Positions 62,201 to 63,783 of a DNA stretch of 63,783 nucleotides are shown piece after piece (the first letter of the stretch is position 1; each line of letters begins with the position of its first letter). The position numbers and the translations under genes were made by a program. Below the pieces are notes generated by a model that ran no database searches, was not told where the DNA came from, and saw nothing but the letters and a program-made list of their open reading frames with translations. This DNA comes from an uncultured virus (IMG/VR IMGVR_UViG_3300006620_000015) (Duplodnaviria; Heunggongvirae; Uroviricota; Caudoviricetes): IMG/VR virus record IMGVR_UViG_3300006620_000015; one strand, 5' to 3'.

Positions 62201-63783
62201 CGAATGACTTCCATTTTTGCAGCATCACCCGCAACTACACTGGCAGGACCCACTACATAATTTACATTTTCAGTGATGATCTCTGGTGGGAAGAAAATGT
62301 CAGTTGTGCCTTCGGGTTCTTTCTCCTTAGGACCAAACCTAATTTTGAGTCTAGTAGTATTGAGAAGTTCTGATGTACTAGGAAGATTTTTATATGGAAA
62401 TTTTTTGTTACCAAAATCAGATGATGATCTATAAATTGAAGCACTATATGTTACAAAAGGGATAGTAGCATCAGAAGGAATTCCTTCCTCAGTAGCAATA
62501 CCCATTCCCGCTGCTTGGGTAGTTTGAACATCCTCTTCTTGTTTAGGAGCTTCAGCAACTAAAGTGGGAACTGATACCGTAACTTCATTTTGTCCCTTTT
62601 CAAAAATAACTTCCTCAGAAAAAATTACAGTTTTTCTTCGTGGAAATTGTTGCTGATATTTTTTCTGCTTCTTCTTCGGCACGTTACCAAATTTTACGTC
62701 TGGTAAATTAGCACCCCTCTCCAAATCACCACCAGAAGTAAGACCTTCAGTAATACCAACAACTCTAGCAGTATCATCTGGTCTCAAATATGCAGTAAAA
62801 ATAATCACACCTCGGTGTTCAACATTATTTCTTCTGATTTTTAATTTATGAGTTTTACCACTCTTTACAGTTTCCTTCTTGGGGAAAATCATGTACTCCG
62901 AATCATACCTATCATCTTCTTTTCCGATGATGACAGCATATGTTGAAGATGGAGAGTATGGACCTGGATCACCAGGCACTGATGGTGGAGCGTCTGAACC
63001 ATCTCCATTTTTTCCTTCGCTAAGATTATTACAAAAATCAAATACATTAGATACTTTCGATGCAGCAACGTTAGTTGCTGTAGTAAATGCTTTTCTTAAT
63101 GCTTGATTGTCTGTGGAAACTCCAGGAACATTTGCTGTACCAAGATCAACACCTTTGGCAAAGTTTGCTGCTTCTGCATTTGCTTCAGCGGTAGACTTAT
63201 TAATATCAGATGTCAAACTATTGATACCGCTCAATCCACCGTCGAGACTTTTTTTAATACCTGTCGTCAGACCAAACTCACCAGGATTGTTAAATGCAGT
63301 GACGAGAGCATTAGAAGCGTCAGTTGCACATTCTCCAGCACCACCACAACTAATTCCTAGGAAGTCTAATACAGCATTGATTGCTTCACCCAGGAGATTA
63401 CCAAAACCACCAATGATACCAGCAATAGACTCGATGGCACCCATGATACTCTCAATAAGACCCAGGACTTCTCCCATAATCTCATTAAGAATACCATCAA
63501 CTAATGTATCCAAACAACCAAATACACTACTAACTGCTGAATCTACAAGTGTATTCAGCATATCTTCAAGAAGATTACTAATTAATCCTTCAATATTACC
63601 AAAACTACAGAACACCATATTGAGAATTTTCTCAATGGTCTCATTAACTGTTGATGTGATGCCCTTAATTGGCACCATAATCAACTTCACCAATTGATCA
63701 ATAGCTTTTCTAGCATATTTGGTGATGATTGCTTTAACCCAACCAATTCCACTACGAATAACACCACTAATAGAGGCAAGATA
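59248..63783 (-). CDS. Large gp5-type baseplate hub protein, partial (5' end beyond the window)
   Basis: The frame stays open from 63693 to the edge. Helical N-region (CSFGNI..LI..LL), Calx-beta-like and Ig-like segments, Cys-rich repeats, and a C-terminal VVDCP as in cyanophage gp5-like proteins. Confidence 0.65.
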   Translation of the reverse strand, partial: YLASISGVIRSGIGWVKAIITKYARKAIDQLVKLIMVPIKGITSTVNETIEKILNMVFCSFGNIEGLISNLLEDMLNTLVDSAVSSVFGCLDTLVDGILNEIMGEVLGLIESIMGAIESIAGIIGGFGNLLGEAINAVLDFLGISCGGAGECATDASNALVTAFNNPGEFGLTTGIKKSLDGGLSGINSLTSDINKSTAEANAEAANFAKGVDLGTANVPGVSTDNQALRKAFTTATNVAASKVSNVFDFCNNLSEGKNGDGSDAPPSVPGDPGPYSPSSTYAVIIGKEDDRYDSEYMIFPKKETVKSGKTHKLKIRRNNVEHRGVIIFTAYLRPDDTARVVGITEGLTSGGDLERGANLPDVKFGNVPKKKQKKYQQQFPRRKTVIFSEEVIFEKGQNEVTVSVPTLVAEAPKQEEDVQTTQAAGMGIATEEGIPSDATIPFVTYSASIYRSSSDFGNKKFPYKNLPSTSELLNTTRLKIRFGPKEKEPEGTTDIFFPPEIITENVNYVVGPASVVAGDAAKMEVIRTPVVDFTTRVKCETIQDNTLTFPAEEGTHYMGGEGILTFGPGENKKIFSIPTYTDGGLINATKTFKVKFTDELLPEGTGSNLGGLGKKNGTTKVGEGIERQVVINFSTNFKPSPICEAEILLSSEPITCLVQEEGIPLNIGFIAKTSVPGYTLSYEWQRTYDPSGTWTAVADGARNETINEKVTTFGPSSITVSGTTLDKWSTSTVAQSASISYSGATTNRLKVAQPSYLIMDEEYYRCTITGTPSTPSAFTPVLTYTTKPTYVGITKDGVYSSTVNCAPAGTLDDGDVISYSDTDATPAGLGASFELYENYKPRMTAESVPGEELTAKFLDDGTGIKISGDVGQGSVKLRFEWDDDPDRSGLAVGELHVAGKTFKQKKEKGSLEKTIFVNAGQTYLFQYKGQSDNASGAPGMKPPKVISNGQVVKWDDRIVNGFDENARLTIMKVTGNESIIKTKRINDFEAGFYPKAAGEFAQHNYGSAFNWANLQDFYQGDFDLVGGDGTGLRVRARFEAFPGAGGNPNNTRYTILQILNAGENYAVGNELSFPDQGGYSFSAMGELVKLLTVDFSVPPSAGLCDIVEPTDKKDIPEDVPDDDPDDDCTIVRKMLFEDPNSLTYMKGKVGYWVDKTNKEYFCPDDDLVPVVECTVDKDCPEGQICINGECVPDPAPECTVNADCPKGYVCLNGKCVKDDEIIDPPDDPDDDDPDPDPDPKKPDPDECKIDDDCPEGQICVDGKCVVPCSLDKDCPEGYVCVDGKCVKACTVDSDCPSGQICVDGKCVPEDDDDDEEDTITDPDRPPSTPVVVDRRGGVVSVPIPDELRDCRVRYKQPPLVAISGLGTGAIAKSELDEHGCLVNIVVKSKGIGYTPNIDEAGECGILTEILLTNVGGYYESSPTVYVNGDPTIAFAAIQDGKLAEIRITNPQNIIYDQLPDIRIRGANGFGGSAQPVIEFVPCDEVADRYLRVVNKYNESTIGTVFVVDCP
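59861..60264 (-). repeat. Five Cys-rich protein repeats C-x4-DCP-x-G-x2-C-x2-G-x-CV with a Pro/Asp linker
   Basis: CTVDKDCPEGQICINGECV, CTVNADCPKGYVCLNGKCV, CKIDDDCPEGQICVDGKCV, CSLDKDCPEGYVCVDGKCV, CTVDSDCPSGQICVDGKCV. Confidence 0.9.

Noticed and set aside
281..63697. All other plus-strand ORFs and short nested minus-strand ORFs in the track
   Set aside because: They overlap convincing minus-strand genes and translate to typical antisense or off-frame composition.

Overview
A 63.8-kb segment of a T4-like cyanophage (cyanomyovirus, probably infecting marine Synechococcus/Prochlorococcus). Essentially all real genes are on the minus strand. In transcription order (right to left): a partial gp5-type baseplate hub protein with Cys-rich repeats, a gp5 C-terminal-like protein, speD, a candidate ~50-nt sRNA, and a 1992-aa tail-collar fibre protein. 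Next is a ~16-kb early/accessory region (34.9-51.2 kb) with a CobT-like VWA / CobS-like AAA+ pair, a small outer-membrane beta-barrel, tRNA-Ser(UGA), five 2OG-Fe(II)/cupin oxygenases (a sixth lies at 27.2-27.8 kb), cp12, many tiny ORFs, a non-coding repeat/DnaA-box locus, and a GC-rich cluster ending in an orphan HicA-like gene. Last come glutaredoxin, PAAR, an Ig/Gly-rich fibre, gp25-gp6-gp7-gp8, a DUF4815/VrlC-like protein and tail fibre genes. Three non-coding signals stand out. (1) Ten copies of a 24-bp palindrome (TGTGCCAGTT-N4-AACTGGCACA) lie 28-31 bp upstream of a -10 box. (2) A promoter- and terminator-bounded sRNA is complementary to the host Yfr1 seed. (3) An origin-like locus carries cyanobacterial DnaA boxes, iteron-like repeats and tandem consensus promoters. 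All protein family calls are by motif recognition only; no database searches were run.
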